A stretch of DNA of 64,000 nucleotides from Pseudovirgaria hyperparasitica (lineage: Eukaryota), in the NCBI GenBank assembly GCA_010093815.1, contig ML996571.1. The stretch is one strand, 5' to 3'. Under the pieces are notes generated by a model. The model was given only the letters and a program-made list of their open reading frames with translations, was not told where the DNA came from and did not search any database. This document shows positions 38,029 to 49,688 of the stretch, one piece after another (position 1 is the first letter of the stretch; the number at the start of each line of letters is the position of its first letter). The translations under genes and the position numbers were made by a program.

Positions 38029-38847
38029 ATTGAAGTAGTTTCTTTGGAGTGTGAAATGTTAGGGAATGGAGAACAAAGTATGGAATACTTGCTTGAAACG
38101 AATTGACACCTATTTATATAGCGAAGTCTTCGGCGAGCTTACGGCTGTGTGGTGGAGAAGGCCTGGGCGGGGTAAGATCCGTAAGTTCTGGTGTCCATCC
38201 TGTCGATGCCAGGCCCGATCAATTAGCTTATGGTCCATAGCTACAGCTCAAGATAGGTCAGGGACGCCCCGGGTTGCCGGAAGGGCACGTCAGACACTGC
38301 CTCGGACCGGACGCGCAGTGTATTTGGAATCTTGGATATCAGGCATGCAAATCTACACCGCTAGACATGGGATTATCTTTCTATTAATGAACCTGGCAGC
38401 GGTATGGTGTACGTTTCCTGTGAGACAAGGGTACTTGCGAAAGCTGGAATCATAACGGGCTGAGAGAAGGGGACAGGATGTAGTAGCTTCGACCTTCGTT
38501 ATACGAGTTTCTGTAGCACAAGCACTTTAATGCTACATGAGGTTCACACACCACAGTGCGATGATGATAGTATAGCGTCAAGATGGGTTGACTGTGCTTG
38601 CAGCTTTGCATTAACTGGCCACTACTACCTAGGTAATTATCTAAGTAGAATCTAAGCTTCCTTTCTGCCTTGGTGCCTCACGAACGACCATCGCTTAACG
38701 TGCTCTTTTGGGACTAGAACGCACATTTTCGTCGGCGACACCGTTGCGGCAGCCGAAGTGAGGATTGGAACTTTGCTCTGTCTCAATACCACCCGACACA
38801 TTTGCTCTCTCACACCACCAACTCTCCTGCTGCAGTCTCGATCCAAC

Positions 38848-40097
38848 ATGGCTGAGCAATTGGTACTCCGTGGCACCCTCGAGGGCCACAGCGGTTGGGT
38901 CACCTCCCTAGCCACCTCCCTCGAGAAGTGAGATATTCGCTGTCAAGCAAAAAGAGCATGTCGAATTGACACTATGATAGCCCCAACATGCTCCTCTCCG
39001 GAAGTCGCGACAAGACTCTGATCATCTGGAACCTGACCCGCGACGAACAGGCCTACGGCTACCCGAAGCGAAGCCTCCACGGCCACTCCCACATCGTTTC
39101 TGACTGTGTATGTTGATACTGTGGATCGGGAGGAAGATTAGGTACTGATATGCGTTAAAGGTCATCTCGTCGGACGGCGCTTACGCTCTCTCATCTTCCT
39201 GGGATAAGACGCTGCGTCTGTGGGAACTGTCCACTGGTGCAACTACCCGCCGGTTCGTCGGCCACACCAACGATGTCCTCTCCGTTTCTTTCTCCGCCGA
39301 CAACCGTCAAATTGTGTCTGGATCGCGCGACCGAACAATCAAGCTCTGGAACACCCTCGGAGACTGCAAATACACCATCACCGAAAAGGGCCACACCGAG
39401 TGGGTGTCATGCGTGCGATTCAGCCCGAACCCCCAGAACCCGGTAATCGTCAGCGCTGGCTGGGACAAGATGGTCAAGGTCAGTGGATTATCAGGACTCT
39501 ATATGTGGAGCGCCCACTCCCCCTATTCAAATGATGTTGCACTTTTAGTATTTGCTACTTCAGAGCCTTCGGGCCATGAGACCAATCTTCACCTATTGCC
39601 CTGATTACCTTTTACCCCGTAAACTTGAATCGCAGCTCGTACACGCGACATAGTGCTAATAGTCAGCTTAGGTATGGGAACTCGCTTCCTGTCGCATTCA
39701 GACGGACCACATTGGACACACCGGCTACATCAACACCGTCACCATCTCCCCTGACGGTTCTCTCTGTGCCTCTGGTGGCAAGGACGGCACCACCATGCTC
39801 TGGGATCTCAACGAGTCAAAGCACCTGTACTCTCTCACCGCTGGTGACGAGATCCACGCCCTCGTTTTCTCCCCTAACCGCTACTGGCTGTGCGCCGCCA
39901 CCGCCAGTGACATCATCATCTTTGACCTCGAGAAGAAGAGCAAGGTGGATGAGCTCAAGGTTGATTTCATGGAAGTCGGCAAGAAAAGCCGGGCACCCGA
40001 GTGTGTCAGCTTGGCATGGAGCCCTGATGGCCAGACTCTGTTCGCTGGATACACTGATAACAAGATTCGCGCATGGGGCGTCATGTCAAGAGGTTAA
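38848..40097 (+). CDS. CPC2: RACK1 / G-beta-like WD40 ribosomal protein (Asc1/Cpc2)
   Basis: [50 protein letters not shown]; three introns. Confidence 0.97.
39527..39607 (+). ncRNA. SNR24: Box C/D snoRNA U24 (snR24) in RACK1 intron 3
   Basis: C box ATGATGT (39531), guide TATTTGCTACT followed by D' CAGA, C(UUCG)G hairpin, C'-like ATGAGA, D box CTGA (39601); U24 is known to be hosted in the yeast ASC1 intron. Confidence 0.88.
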
Positions 40098-40291
40098 ATG
40101 TGTCGAGGAGAGTTGGGAATTAGGTATGGCATTTCTGAGGAATTCTATTGGCACCTAGGGGCTGCTGTAGCTGTAGCTTTCTCTGGCGTCGGAGTGAATA
40201 AAATGATCAACACTTCAAGAAGCGAGTGCTTGATACTTTCAGTCTAACGTGACCTTCAACTCATATTCTGTGCTGTCCATGAACCTATGCG

Positions 40292-41374
40292 CTACAACTT
40301 CTCAAAAGTCGGCGTCTTCCCCTTTTTCAGTCCGGAGAAGATCGCCTTCTTCACATCCTCTGTCTGCAACATAGCCGCATTCCACACCGCCGTATATTTT
40401 AATCCCTCCTCCACCGTCCGATCCCGCGAATAATTCAATAATTCTTTTGTCCCAACCACTGCCACGGGACTCTTACTCGCGATGACCCTCGCCAACCCCA
40501 ACGCCACCTCTACACCCTCCTCCTTACTCGCCAGCACACGGCTTACAAACCCCTGCTGCAGCGCCTCCTCAGCACCGAACACACGCGCCGTCAAACATAC
40601 ATCCTTGATCCAACTCGCACTTCCGACCACCTTCGGCAACCGGCTCAGCGTGCCCACATCCGCCGCAATCCCTATATCGACCTCCTTGACACACATTGCG
40701 GCATCCGCCACACACAACCGCACATCACACGCCGTGCTCAGGTCGATCGCCATCCCGTAGCTGTACCCATGCAGCAGCGCAATCACAGGCTTCGTGCACT
40801 TCTCTATCGCGCTGACACAGGCTTGGTAGTGCGCGATGTGCGCGTTGTGCGAGAAGGCGATGCGTGCAGCGTCGCGTGTCGATGAGGGCGAAAAGACCGG
40901 GCCTTGCGAGGCCGCGGTCACGTCGAGGCCTGCGGTGAAGGCTTTTGGGCCGGCACCTGAGAGAAGAATGACGCGGACGTCCGGGGACGTTGAGAGGCGG
41001 GTGAAGATGGCGCCGATGGTGTTGAACATGCTGGTTTCGCATTGGTTAGTGGGAGGTATTTTCTTGGTAATGTCGATCGAGAGGAGGGGGACTGTGTTTG
41101 TTCATGTCCTTCGCTCTTGCGATATACGTGTATGTGTTGGTGTATCATTTCCATAACGTTCCTGCGCTCCAAGTATTGCAAGTAGACGAATACAACGACA
41201 CGACACCACCAAGATGAATATCCTTCCCCCTCAAAATCCCAAAGTAAAAACTGAAATCTCTACATACGAGTCCGTGAATGAATTCAATTTCTCCGGCCTG
41301 TTGATCTCGACATGTGCAATATACTGCTCCAGGAACGTGACTTTGAAGTCTGCGTACTCATATGTCTCTGCCAT
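40292..41374 (-). CDS. Delta3,5-Delta2,4-dienoyl-CoA isomerase (crotonase family), probably peroxisomal
   Basis: INRPEKLNSF, FTAGLD, KPVIALLHG, KEVDIGIAADVGTLSRL; C-terminal EKL PTS1-like signal; one long intron about 41267-41031. Confidence 0.9.
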
Positions 41375-42924
41375 GTTGGTGTATGTGTATGATGCGTTCG
41401 TACAGATTGTGGTATGTCTGTGAGGAGGAAATGAACATATAATCAGTGTGGTGTTCTTGTATGTATATGTATCATACGTGAGACTCGGGTACAGATGTGT
41501 GGCAGGGATGTTCGGCACTAGGGCGGAGGGGGCCGAGGTTTAGGTAGCCAGGACAGTCTTAGGACTCTATGGATGGGTACTGGGAAAGTGACAAGTGGTT
41601 GTTTCTGCAATATGTAAACTCGAAATTATGAGATTATCAGTCTTCTCATGCTAGTAAGGCCGTGTTAAAAACCGTTTTGTAAACTAGATTCCAGTGCTCA
41701 ATTAGTGAAGTATATCTTCTTCGACGAAAACACCATGTGCTCACTCGAGGGGAGAAACTATCATTTTTGCCATACTTTAGCAACCACTTATATTACAAGC
41801 TTGCTACCGAATGAGTATATTGTGAGACTTGTTAGTTAGTCTAGAGGGATATTGCGAATCGTTCTGAGCCTCAAAGCCATTGAGAATCGCGAGTATATAA
41901 ATTCATCGAAAGCATGATTGGAGTTCTTCGCTGCTCTGTGCTTTTGGTGATTGATGAAATATAGGGTAAGAAACGAGTTCTTTTTCCTACCACTTGTCTT
42001 TTCGCAGTCATTGTCTGGTCCTAGCAGACCTCGTCTAGCCACCTTGGTATCTGGACAATACATCAGGAGTAAGAATGAGAAGAAGACTCCTTCTCCTGTG
42101 TGAGCACGGGTCGATCTGCAGACATCCTCAATACCTCTCCTGAAGTCGCATGACTTATCACATCGGAGTGGTATGCTGATACCAGATGGTCCGAACCATG
42201 ACTTGGTTTGATCATATTTTCTAGTCGTGTATTGCTTCTAGGTCAGTACCTGTTTGCAAAGAGCCTCAACCTGCTGTACTATGTGACAAGTCATACCAAT
42301 AGGGTTTATGTTGTGAAATAGCACCTAATCAGTCACAGAGAGAGTTATGTCGAGCGGTATGTAGTTTCATAATGAACCCACTCGCATGTGAATCAACAGC
42401 AGCCGAAAGGAATGTCGATTACTTGACCAGACTAGGTGCCCTACGCTGTGAGTGCTTTTCATTGTCCAGGTAATACCTTTGGTCAGGAGTATCAGGATGG
42501 GGATACGTGTCTCTATAGGCGTACTGTGATAAGTCTGGAGGAATGTGAGAAGTCTTTGATATGCGAAGGATAGTTGCATGCGTAGAGCTCTTCTAGTGGT
42601 TCGACTTAGACTTATAGTTTCATGTGTCGAGTAAAGAACCATTGCAAAGACTTCTGCTCTGTCTAGCCACTTTTTGCGCTGTAGAGAAGCAGTCTTGCTT
42701 CTAGAAGTATTGAAGGGTATGTTTTTGACAGCCCAACGGCCTTCAGCGTCCGTTCGTGCATACTGCTTGCTGGAGTTCGAGGCTCTTTAATATTAAATCT
42801 TGGCCACCGCTAGATATAAGCAGGGCCCTCAATGTGACCTATACGGTGTCCAACTATAAGACGCCATTCCAGGTTGTGGTCAGAGCACCCAATATATGAG
42901 CCAAGAATAACCTCTACCAGGGCT

Positions 42925-45372
42925 TCATGATCCCCTACCCCTGCCTTTGCCTCGTCCCTTCCCTCTTCCACCACGGCCCTTTGCCCCAGCATCTCCACCC
43001 CCTCGCTGGCGCGAAGGATCACCCCTCTGATTATACCGGGCGGATTTCGAGTCGTGACGTCCACCTACCTGCCCAGGTCCCTTGCCAACCTTGTGATCAG
43101 GGTTTCTACCCCGGCCGCCAGGGTTACCGCGACTCCCACGACCACCACGACTACCTCCACCAGGAGGTCCACGACGCAGAAATTCCTCGTAGCCTGGTGA
43201 CAATTCTCGTTGATATTGCCCAGAAATCGGTGCAAGAGGTTTGCCTTTCTGTGTACTACAACCTCGTCCGCCCAGGTTGATGTTCATCTGCATGCGTCCC
43301 TTGCCGTTCTGTCTCGGTGCGTCGGGCAGATTGGTACTGTCGCTATTCATTGCGGCACCTCTGATTGACATACCTTTATCTTCCTGCACCGGTTTTGGCG
43401 GAAGATTATGCTTCACTCTCGAAAACATCTTATGTTGTGGTTCGGGTGGGAGAGGCAGACCGTTAATGCCTTCTGGCAGTGGCAGCAGTGAGGTATCCGA
43501 GGGCTCAACGAGGTATTTATTTGCTTCTCTGGCTGACCATGGGTTGAAGGGGCTTCTACCCTTGTCTAGCTGTTGAGTAAAATGACAATCGCCTCCGAAA
43601 TGCTTGGCGCTGCCACATTCGTAGCAGCTTATATTCAATGCTCGAACTTTTTGTAAGACATCTAGACTATCAGGGAAGAACGTTCGACCAACATCTGGAA
43701 ACAAAGTCTGGATGTGTTCGGAACGATCAGGGCGTCGAAGACAAGCTCGTCCGAAATGGTCATCTCGGACGTCGCAGTATGGACATACTCGGGAGGGGCA
43801 GGCGTTTTCTAAGTGATTTTCATGGCTGCATATGAGACAACGAACTATAGCGTTATTATCTGCCTGACCAAAATATCTTTCTTGCAGCTGTTGCTCATCA
43901 TGAGAAACTTGATGAACTCTCAGCGGCTCAGACTCAGCTACATGGAACGTAAGGTCCATGTAATGCGATGAAGGATTTCGCAGATTTTGGAGATCAATAG
44001 GTAGTTCTGGTGGCCGATCATGCATGATTGCGTCCTCCGTCACGTTCGTAATTAGTGTAGACTCTGCCATTTCACCCTCTGATATCTCGCCCTCCGACGA
44101 ATCAGCTGCTACCATATCGGTGCTGGGAGTCGTATGATGGTTCGCGCTGCTATTACTGTGCTGATTTTCGACTTCGTTGTTCTCTCCACAAGTGATGCGA
44201 ATTTGATGCTGATCAGATCTGGGCCGAGGCAGAGGAGGTAAATTGAGATTTGGGGGGTCTTGGAAAGCTCCGTATTCCTCAATGGTCAGCTGGTCATCGG
44301 TTCGTAAAGCAGTATTGATTATTGACGACCTCTGCACCGCGAATTCGTGGACATTGTGTAGACATGGAACTATATTGTTCCAATCTGCGATAGAATTTTG
44401 AGATTTCAGAATCTCCATTGACTTGATGTTCCTGATCTTGCTACTTTTAGCCTGTAGCTTAGATAGAGCTTGTACTGCCAGTCCGGTGCTAGAGTATACA
44501 AGCAAGTTATGCAGCTCCTCCACTCCTTCGAGATGCATCTCATGAAAGAATGAATTGATCAGGCCTTCGTATAGATGATTAGCTGTCAAGTTGTCCAATG
44601 ATCGGCCGATTTGTCTGGCACTCGGCCCGGTGGCCTTGTCACCTTGACCAATGCGACATTGTATGTATACAGCATTTTGCTGATCCAGGATGTGCGGCAC
44701 GATCGCAGGATCGAAACTTGATAGAAGCATATCAATGGCCCGATTGGTCTCGAAAGCCATGACATACCGTCTAAAACTCTTCGATCCTGGTTTCCTAGCT
44801 CTATTCTTCAGACTTCTCAGGTGCCGTTTCGGCATTTTTGTAATCGTTACGTTTGGATCCGCACTATCTGCTGTATCGGTGACAATTTTCTTGGTATGGG
44901 TTCTTGGTAAAGCGGATTTCTCAGAACTCGATGCGTGGTCTCCTACGTGTTCCTGCCCAGAATCACGGCTGATAGATAGCAGAGGCTCTTCTTCCCGACG
45001 AGCATCTATAAGGCTGGATAGTAGATCACTGGTTTCAGGATCCGCCTGTTTTACCGCAGTAGGCATGTTCACATGCGCACTCGTGTATTCGACGTTGGCC
45101 CTGCTCTCGCTACTTACAGTCGTTCTGGACTTAGCGGATCGACGTATTGAGCCGTTCGAAGTCTCACGATGCTCTGCTCCCTCGATTCGTTGTCGTTTGG
45201 TAACGGGGCTACTATCACTGTCTTCCGCAGAGGAGTGTGAATGGGATAGCGAACCTTCGCATGAAGTCTGCGGTCGTTTTCTGCCGAGTACAGAAGTCCG
45301 AGACTCGGTGTCGTCATCACGAACGCTCAATTGTGCTCGAGCAGTTTTGTTTTTGGTCTTTGCGCGCGCCAT
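42925..45372 (-). CDS. CCHC zinc-knuckle protein, Air1/Air2-like, with RGG tail
   Basis: QQLQERYF preceding CLICSHENHLENAC, CPYCDVRDDHFGRAC and ISCYECGSAKHFGGDC; GRG/RGG-rich C-terminus. Confidence 0.7.
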   Translation of the reverse strand: MARAKTKNKTARAQLSVRDDDTESRTSVLGRKRPQTSCEGSLSHSHSSAEDSDSSPVTKRQRIEGAEHRETSNGSIRRSAKSRTTVSSESRANVEYTSAHVNMPTAVKQADPETSDLLSSLIDARREEEPLLSISRDSGQEHVGDHASSSEKSALPRTHTKKIVTDTADSADPNVTITKMPKRHLRSLKNRARKPGSKSFRRYVMAFETNRAIDMLLSSFDPAIVPHILDQQNAVYIQCRIGQGDKATGPSARQIGRSLDNLTANHLYEGLINSFFHEMHLEGVEELHNLLVYSSTGLAVQALSKLQAKSSKIRNIKSMEILKSQNSIADWNNIVPCLHNVHEFAVQRSSIINTALRTDDQLTIEEYGAFQDPPNLNLPPLPRPRSDQHQIRITCGENNEVENQHSNSSANHHTTPSTDMVAADSSEGEISEGEMAESTLITNVTEDAIMHDRPPELPIDLQNLRNPSSHYMDLTFHVAESEPLRVHQVSHDEQQLQERYFGQADNNAIVRCLICSHENHLENACPSRVCPYCDVRDDHFGRACLRRPDRSEHIQTLFPDVGRTFFPDSLDVLQKVRALNISCYECGSAKHFGGDCHFTQQLDKGRSPFNPWSAREANKYLVEPSDTSLLPLPEGINGLPLPPEPQHKMFSRVKHNLPPKPVQEDKGMSIRGAAMNSDSTNLPDAPRQNGKGRMQMNINLGGRGCSTQKGKPLAPISGQYQRELSPGYEEFLRRGPPGGGSRGGRGSRGNPGGRGRNPDHKVGKGPGQVGGRHDSKSARYNQRGDPSRQRGGGDAGAKGRGGRGKGRGKGRGRGS

Positions 45373-45640
45373 GAACAGGATCGTGACTGCAAGACAATCC
45401 CGTTCAGATGGCGACTTAGCGCGCTATGAATCGAGGCACGGCGGCTCAATTGCCCAGGGTTGGTTCTGAACGCGTAGCTTTTTTTCGCGAACTTTACATC
45501 AATTTCGCTCGCAAGCCGGACTTATCTCGGCCGCTCTATTTTCGATTGCCGACGCCGATGAAATTTATGTCTACTCGAATTCAAGCCTACGACCTCATGC
45601 AATCATTAATGCTGAGTATCTAAGTACGCTAATCTCCAGG

Positions 45641-46804
45641 ATGTCAAGCGATAACGAGATCCTAGAGCCACCTTCACCAGCAAAATCCGAACACAAATTC
45701 AAGGAAAGCAAGAAGAGAAAACACGAAGCATCAAATGATGATCAGAACATTGACGCCGATGGATCCACCACACATATCAGATCAAAGAACTCAAAAACTC
45801 ACAAGCAATCGCGAAAATTTATGAGAGAGACGTCTCCGGAAGGTCATAGGGCAGCCAACCATTCCAAGAGCGACTCTAGGAGCGCGAAGAAGCGGAGGCG
45901 CACAAGCGATGCCAATGATTCTGCCGAGGAGCTCAAGATTGACTTAGCTCTTCCAGAACCTCCGTCAAAGAAAGCTTTACGTAAAGCAAAGAAGGCAAAA
46001 CCTGCTGCAGAGGCAGCCAGCGCCACCAAAGAGGATATAGCGAAGGTATCCGTACAGGAATGCCAGAAACGTACCGACCATGGTATCTGGATTGGCAATC
46101 TACCATGGGGAGCAACGATAGAGGGCCTACGGGTATTCTTCACAGAGAACTCCGAGATCAAAGATGGCGACATTACGCGGATTCATATGCCTAAACCTAA
46201 GAAACCCTCCCCGACCCTGCGGATAAAACCAAACAATTCCGGCTTCGCCTATGTGGATTTCGTCTCTGAAGCAAAGAAGTTGATAGCTATAGAGCTGAGT
46301 GAGACTCCAATTGATGGTCGGAACTGTTTGATCAAAGATGCGAAGAGTTTTGTAGGCAGACCAGAGAAGTCCCAGACGACCCAAACTGAAGCCGTCAACA
46401 AAAAATCGCCAAACAAGAGGATATTCGTTGGTAATCTAGGATTTGACATAACGCGCGAAGCACTCTTCGAGCACTTCGCGCCCTGTGGAGAGGTTGAAGA
46501 TGTTTTTCTCGCAACGTTTGAGGATTCTGGAAAATGTAGAGGTTATGGCTGGATAACATTCGGTGATATACCTTCCGCAGAAGCAGCTGTGCGTGGATAT
46601 GGCTTCAAAGATGTAGAACAAGAAGCTGAGCCAGACGAGGAGCAGTCTGATGCCAAGAGAAAGAAGAAACCCAAACCACGTAAGTGGTGGGTCAACAAGA
46701 TCGAAGGGCGAAATCTCCGTTGTGAATTTGCAGAAGACAAGGCAACCCGCTACAAGAAGAGATATGGGAAAGACAAGTCGGTACAGGAAGACGCCAGCTA
46801 CTGA
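45641..46804 (+). CDS. Two-RRM nucleolar protein (Nop13-like)
   Basis: EPPSKKALRK, IWIGNL / GFAYVDF and IFVGNL / GKCRGYGWITF RNP motifs, EFAED..TRYKKRY. Confidence 0.82.
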   Translation: MSSDNEILEPPSPAKSEHKFKESKKRKHEASNDDQNIDADGSTTHIRSKNSKTHKQSRKFMRETSPEGHRAANHSKSDSRSAKKRRRTSDANDSAEELKIDLALPEPPSKKALRKAKKAKPAAEAASATKEDIAKVSVQECQKRTDHGIWIGNLPWGATIEGLRVFFTENSEIKDGDITRIHMPKPKKPSPTLRIKPNNSGFAYVDFVSEAKKLIAIELSETPIDGRNCLIKDAKSFVGRPEKSQTTQTEAVNKKSPNKRIFVGNLGFDITREALFEHFAPCGEVEDVFLATFEDSGKCRGYGWITFGDIPSAEAAVRGYGFKDVEQEAEPDEEQSDAKRKKKPKPRKWWVNKIEGRNLRCEFAEDKATRYKKRYGKDKSVQEDASY

Positions 46805-47066
46805 TCCTGCTCTGCCGCAGGTAGTTGTCTTCGTTAGAACTTGGTCATGATTATCGCCATGACTTGATATATGTATATACATCGACATTTTGGGTGCCGA
46901 GCCTCTTCTACCCCAAAGTAAACCCGCTTTTCTCAAAGTGGTCTATGTTATTGTCAGACAGAGTCAGACATACCATCTGTCGCTGCAAAGGACCTGTGTA
47001 TATGTCTCCAACGCCACCGCCAAATGCAATATATGGGATATCTGGTGAAGTGATACTTCGTGAATC

Positions 47067-47465
47067 TCACAGTGTGGCAGCTGCTTCTACCATGCCAGCT
47101 GCTCTGAACATCCCAGGGCTCGTAACTTTGATCTCGACGGGATATTGCCATTCCATGTATTTGGCCCAGCCTACCCTTCATCAGCTGTTGCCCGTAGCAT
47201 ATCGTGCAATACGCACTTGACCGGAAAGCTTACCCCAATATGCACACTTCCTTCCAAAGTACTTCCCGACGTAGGGTATCAAAATCATTGTCAGAAGCAG
47301 CTCTATCTGCTGTAATGACTCTCTCCATTCTCTTTCTGCATCTGAATAATGCGATGAGTCTTCAGTGGTTTCCGAAGGTAATGAGTCAAGGTCGTCATCG
47401 TCCACATCCGAGTCTATGAGTTGCTGCGAGGGCATAATAAAGGAGGACTCGGATGAGGCAGACAT
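47067..47465 (-). CDS. MIM2: Mitochondrial import protein Mim2
   Basis: SDAEREWRESLQQIELLLTMILIPYVGKYFGRKCAYW, intron, then GWAKYMEWQYPVEIKVT...AAATL stop. Confidence 0.8.
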
Positions 47466-47804
47466 TTGTAAGTGCTTTCGTGCTTCCCAGTTGAGTGAAG
47501 GGGTTTTCAGCGCAATTATGCCACGAGCATCGGACGGGTGGTCAGTGCGAACGATGAAGATGGTATGTACATGGTGGTTATCAAGCTCCGCGGGTTCAGC
47601 AAGTCTTCATTACAGGCGAGTGTTTGGCTGCGGGCGCGCTAATCACGTGAAAGGGTTGACTCATGAATAAGGATATTACTTTATGGTCGTGCAGTATGCC
47701 TTGTCTTGTAACATCCACTTCTTCACAATCAACACGCACAACCACCCATAAATCGTCTTATTTCAGTCAATACTGATACAAACACAGCGACAAGGGGTTT
47801 GAAG

Positions 47805-49018
47805 ATGGCCGAAGTTGTACGTCACACCCCTGCTCTGCACATCCCACACCACTTCTTCATTAGTGGCGCACTTTTCGATAAACCCGGCGAAATCTCATAT
47901 GCCTACAACAACACACTAACATACAACTTACACTATAGGCCGACATTTCGATTGAAAGGAAACCTAGAAAATCAGTCGCTTTCAGTGACGGAGCAACGGT
48001 GGTCGACGGCACCGGCCAAGTAACAGAAATGAACGGGTCCGCAGGAGAGAAGAACAGTGCTGAAAGCCACTCGGCTGGTATGTATCTGCATCCAGAGCAG
48101 GGGCCTAGTGCCTCACTTGGTTGGGCTCCTCTTGCTATGTTGCGACTCCAATTCTGACTATCTGTAGACGATGGCGAACCTGATAAGGCCGTCGATGAAG
48201 TTACGGATATGTTCAAAGATCTCGCGAAAAAGAAGAAGAAGTCCAAGAAGCCAAAAGAGGGCGAGGAAGCAGAAACACCCGCTGCCGATGGAGAGTTCGA
48301 CCCTTCGGCGCTGAAGAAGAAGAAGAAGAAGAAGCCCAAGACCACGGACGCAGACGATTTCGAGGCCAAGCTTGCTGAAGTCGGCGCAGTGGAGAAGGAA
48401 GATGCAGAAGAAGAGAAGACTGAAGAGCCGATACAAGAAGGCGACATGGAGAAGGGCACCGGTATCTGGGCACATGATGCCACAACGCCAATCAAATATA
48501 ACAATCTTTTGAAGCGTTTCTTCACCCAACTTCACTCGCATCATCCGGACCTCGCCTCCACAGGTTCCAAGAGCTACAAGATACCACCTCCACAATGTCT
48601 CCGCGAAGGCAACCGGAAGACTATTTTCGCCAACATCTCCGAGATCTGCAAGAGAATGAAGCGTTCAGATGAACACGTGACCCAGTTTCTGTTTGCCGAA
48701 CTCGGAACCAGTGGCAGCGTTGACGGCAGTAAACGACTCGTCATCAAGGGTCGTTTCCAGCAGAAACAGATCGAGAATGTGTTGAGGCGCTATATCAGTA
48801 AGACTTATTGTGCCTACGGTTTTTTATAATCATGCTAAATAGCCACAGTGGAATATGTTACTTGCAAGACCTGCAGATCTCCCGATACCGAACTCAATAA
48901 GGGCGAAAATCGTCTTTACTTCGTCACTTGTAACTCTTGCGGTTCGCGACGTAGTGTTACTGCCATCAAGACTGGGTTCTCTGCACAGATCGGGAAGAGA
49001 AAGAGACAGCAAGGTTAA
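47805..49018 (+). CDS. SUI3: Translation initiation factor eIF2 beta subunit
   Basis: Poly-Lys boxes, [29 protein letters not shown]2-C2 finger CKTC...CNSC; three introns. Confidence 0.96.
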
Positions 49019-49199
49019 ATTCGCGACTTCCAGAGGGCTTTCAGCAGTCGCTGTCCTAAATGGATTGAATTTGGCGCCTTCTACCTGGACATTCCGTATG
49101 GTGTCGTTTGCGACAAGAGTTGAAAAACCCAGCTTGCATTGCACTGCTGGTTCTGATACGGGATAATAGCCTGTTCAGTGGAGCAACTTGACGACTGTA

Positions 49200-49228
49200 C
49201 ATATATATATATATACATATATATATAT
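49200..49228. repeat. (TA)n microsatellite
   Basis: Interrupted TA run downstream of eIF2-beta. Confidence 0.8.
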
Positions 49229-49688
49229 CCACACGCTTCCAAAGCTCTCGTGAGGGACCTTGTTTGCTTATAGACAGAGGACAACGAGAGGCAGAAGACA
49301 AAGGCTGATCTGCACCGGTCGCGAAAGTTAATAATTAGTGATACTACGTAGATGTTCTAGGTAATTAGCGCCATGCACTCACCTCCAGAATCACACTGCA
49401 GCTCCAGTTCTCTTTTCTAAATTTAGCTCCCAATCATGCTGCTGGACCCCCGCACCGCTTGTTGGCTGCTTGCAACCAAGCGCATGCGGCGTGAGGGCGG
49501 CACCACAGCGTACCGCATCTCAGCACGCAGCACCAATGACAGGAGGCTGAGCATTTGCGACATCAGCGATGTCCTTCATCTAGTCATCCAGATTTCACCT
49601 TCTGCGGCACACTATCAGTCTTGCATTGTGTGAATTTCCTCTGCCTTGCGCTGCCCATTTCTTACGACCTCCCCGGCTTACAACAACC

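Noticed and set aside
41600..42900. Short ORFs in the gap between the isomerase and Air-like genes, possible transposon or RIP relic
   Set aside because: No transposase, reverse transcriptase or terminal-repeat features recognisable.
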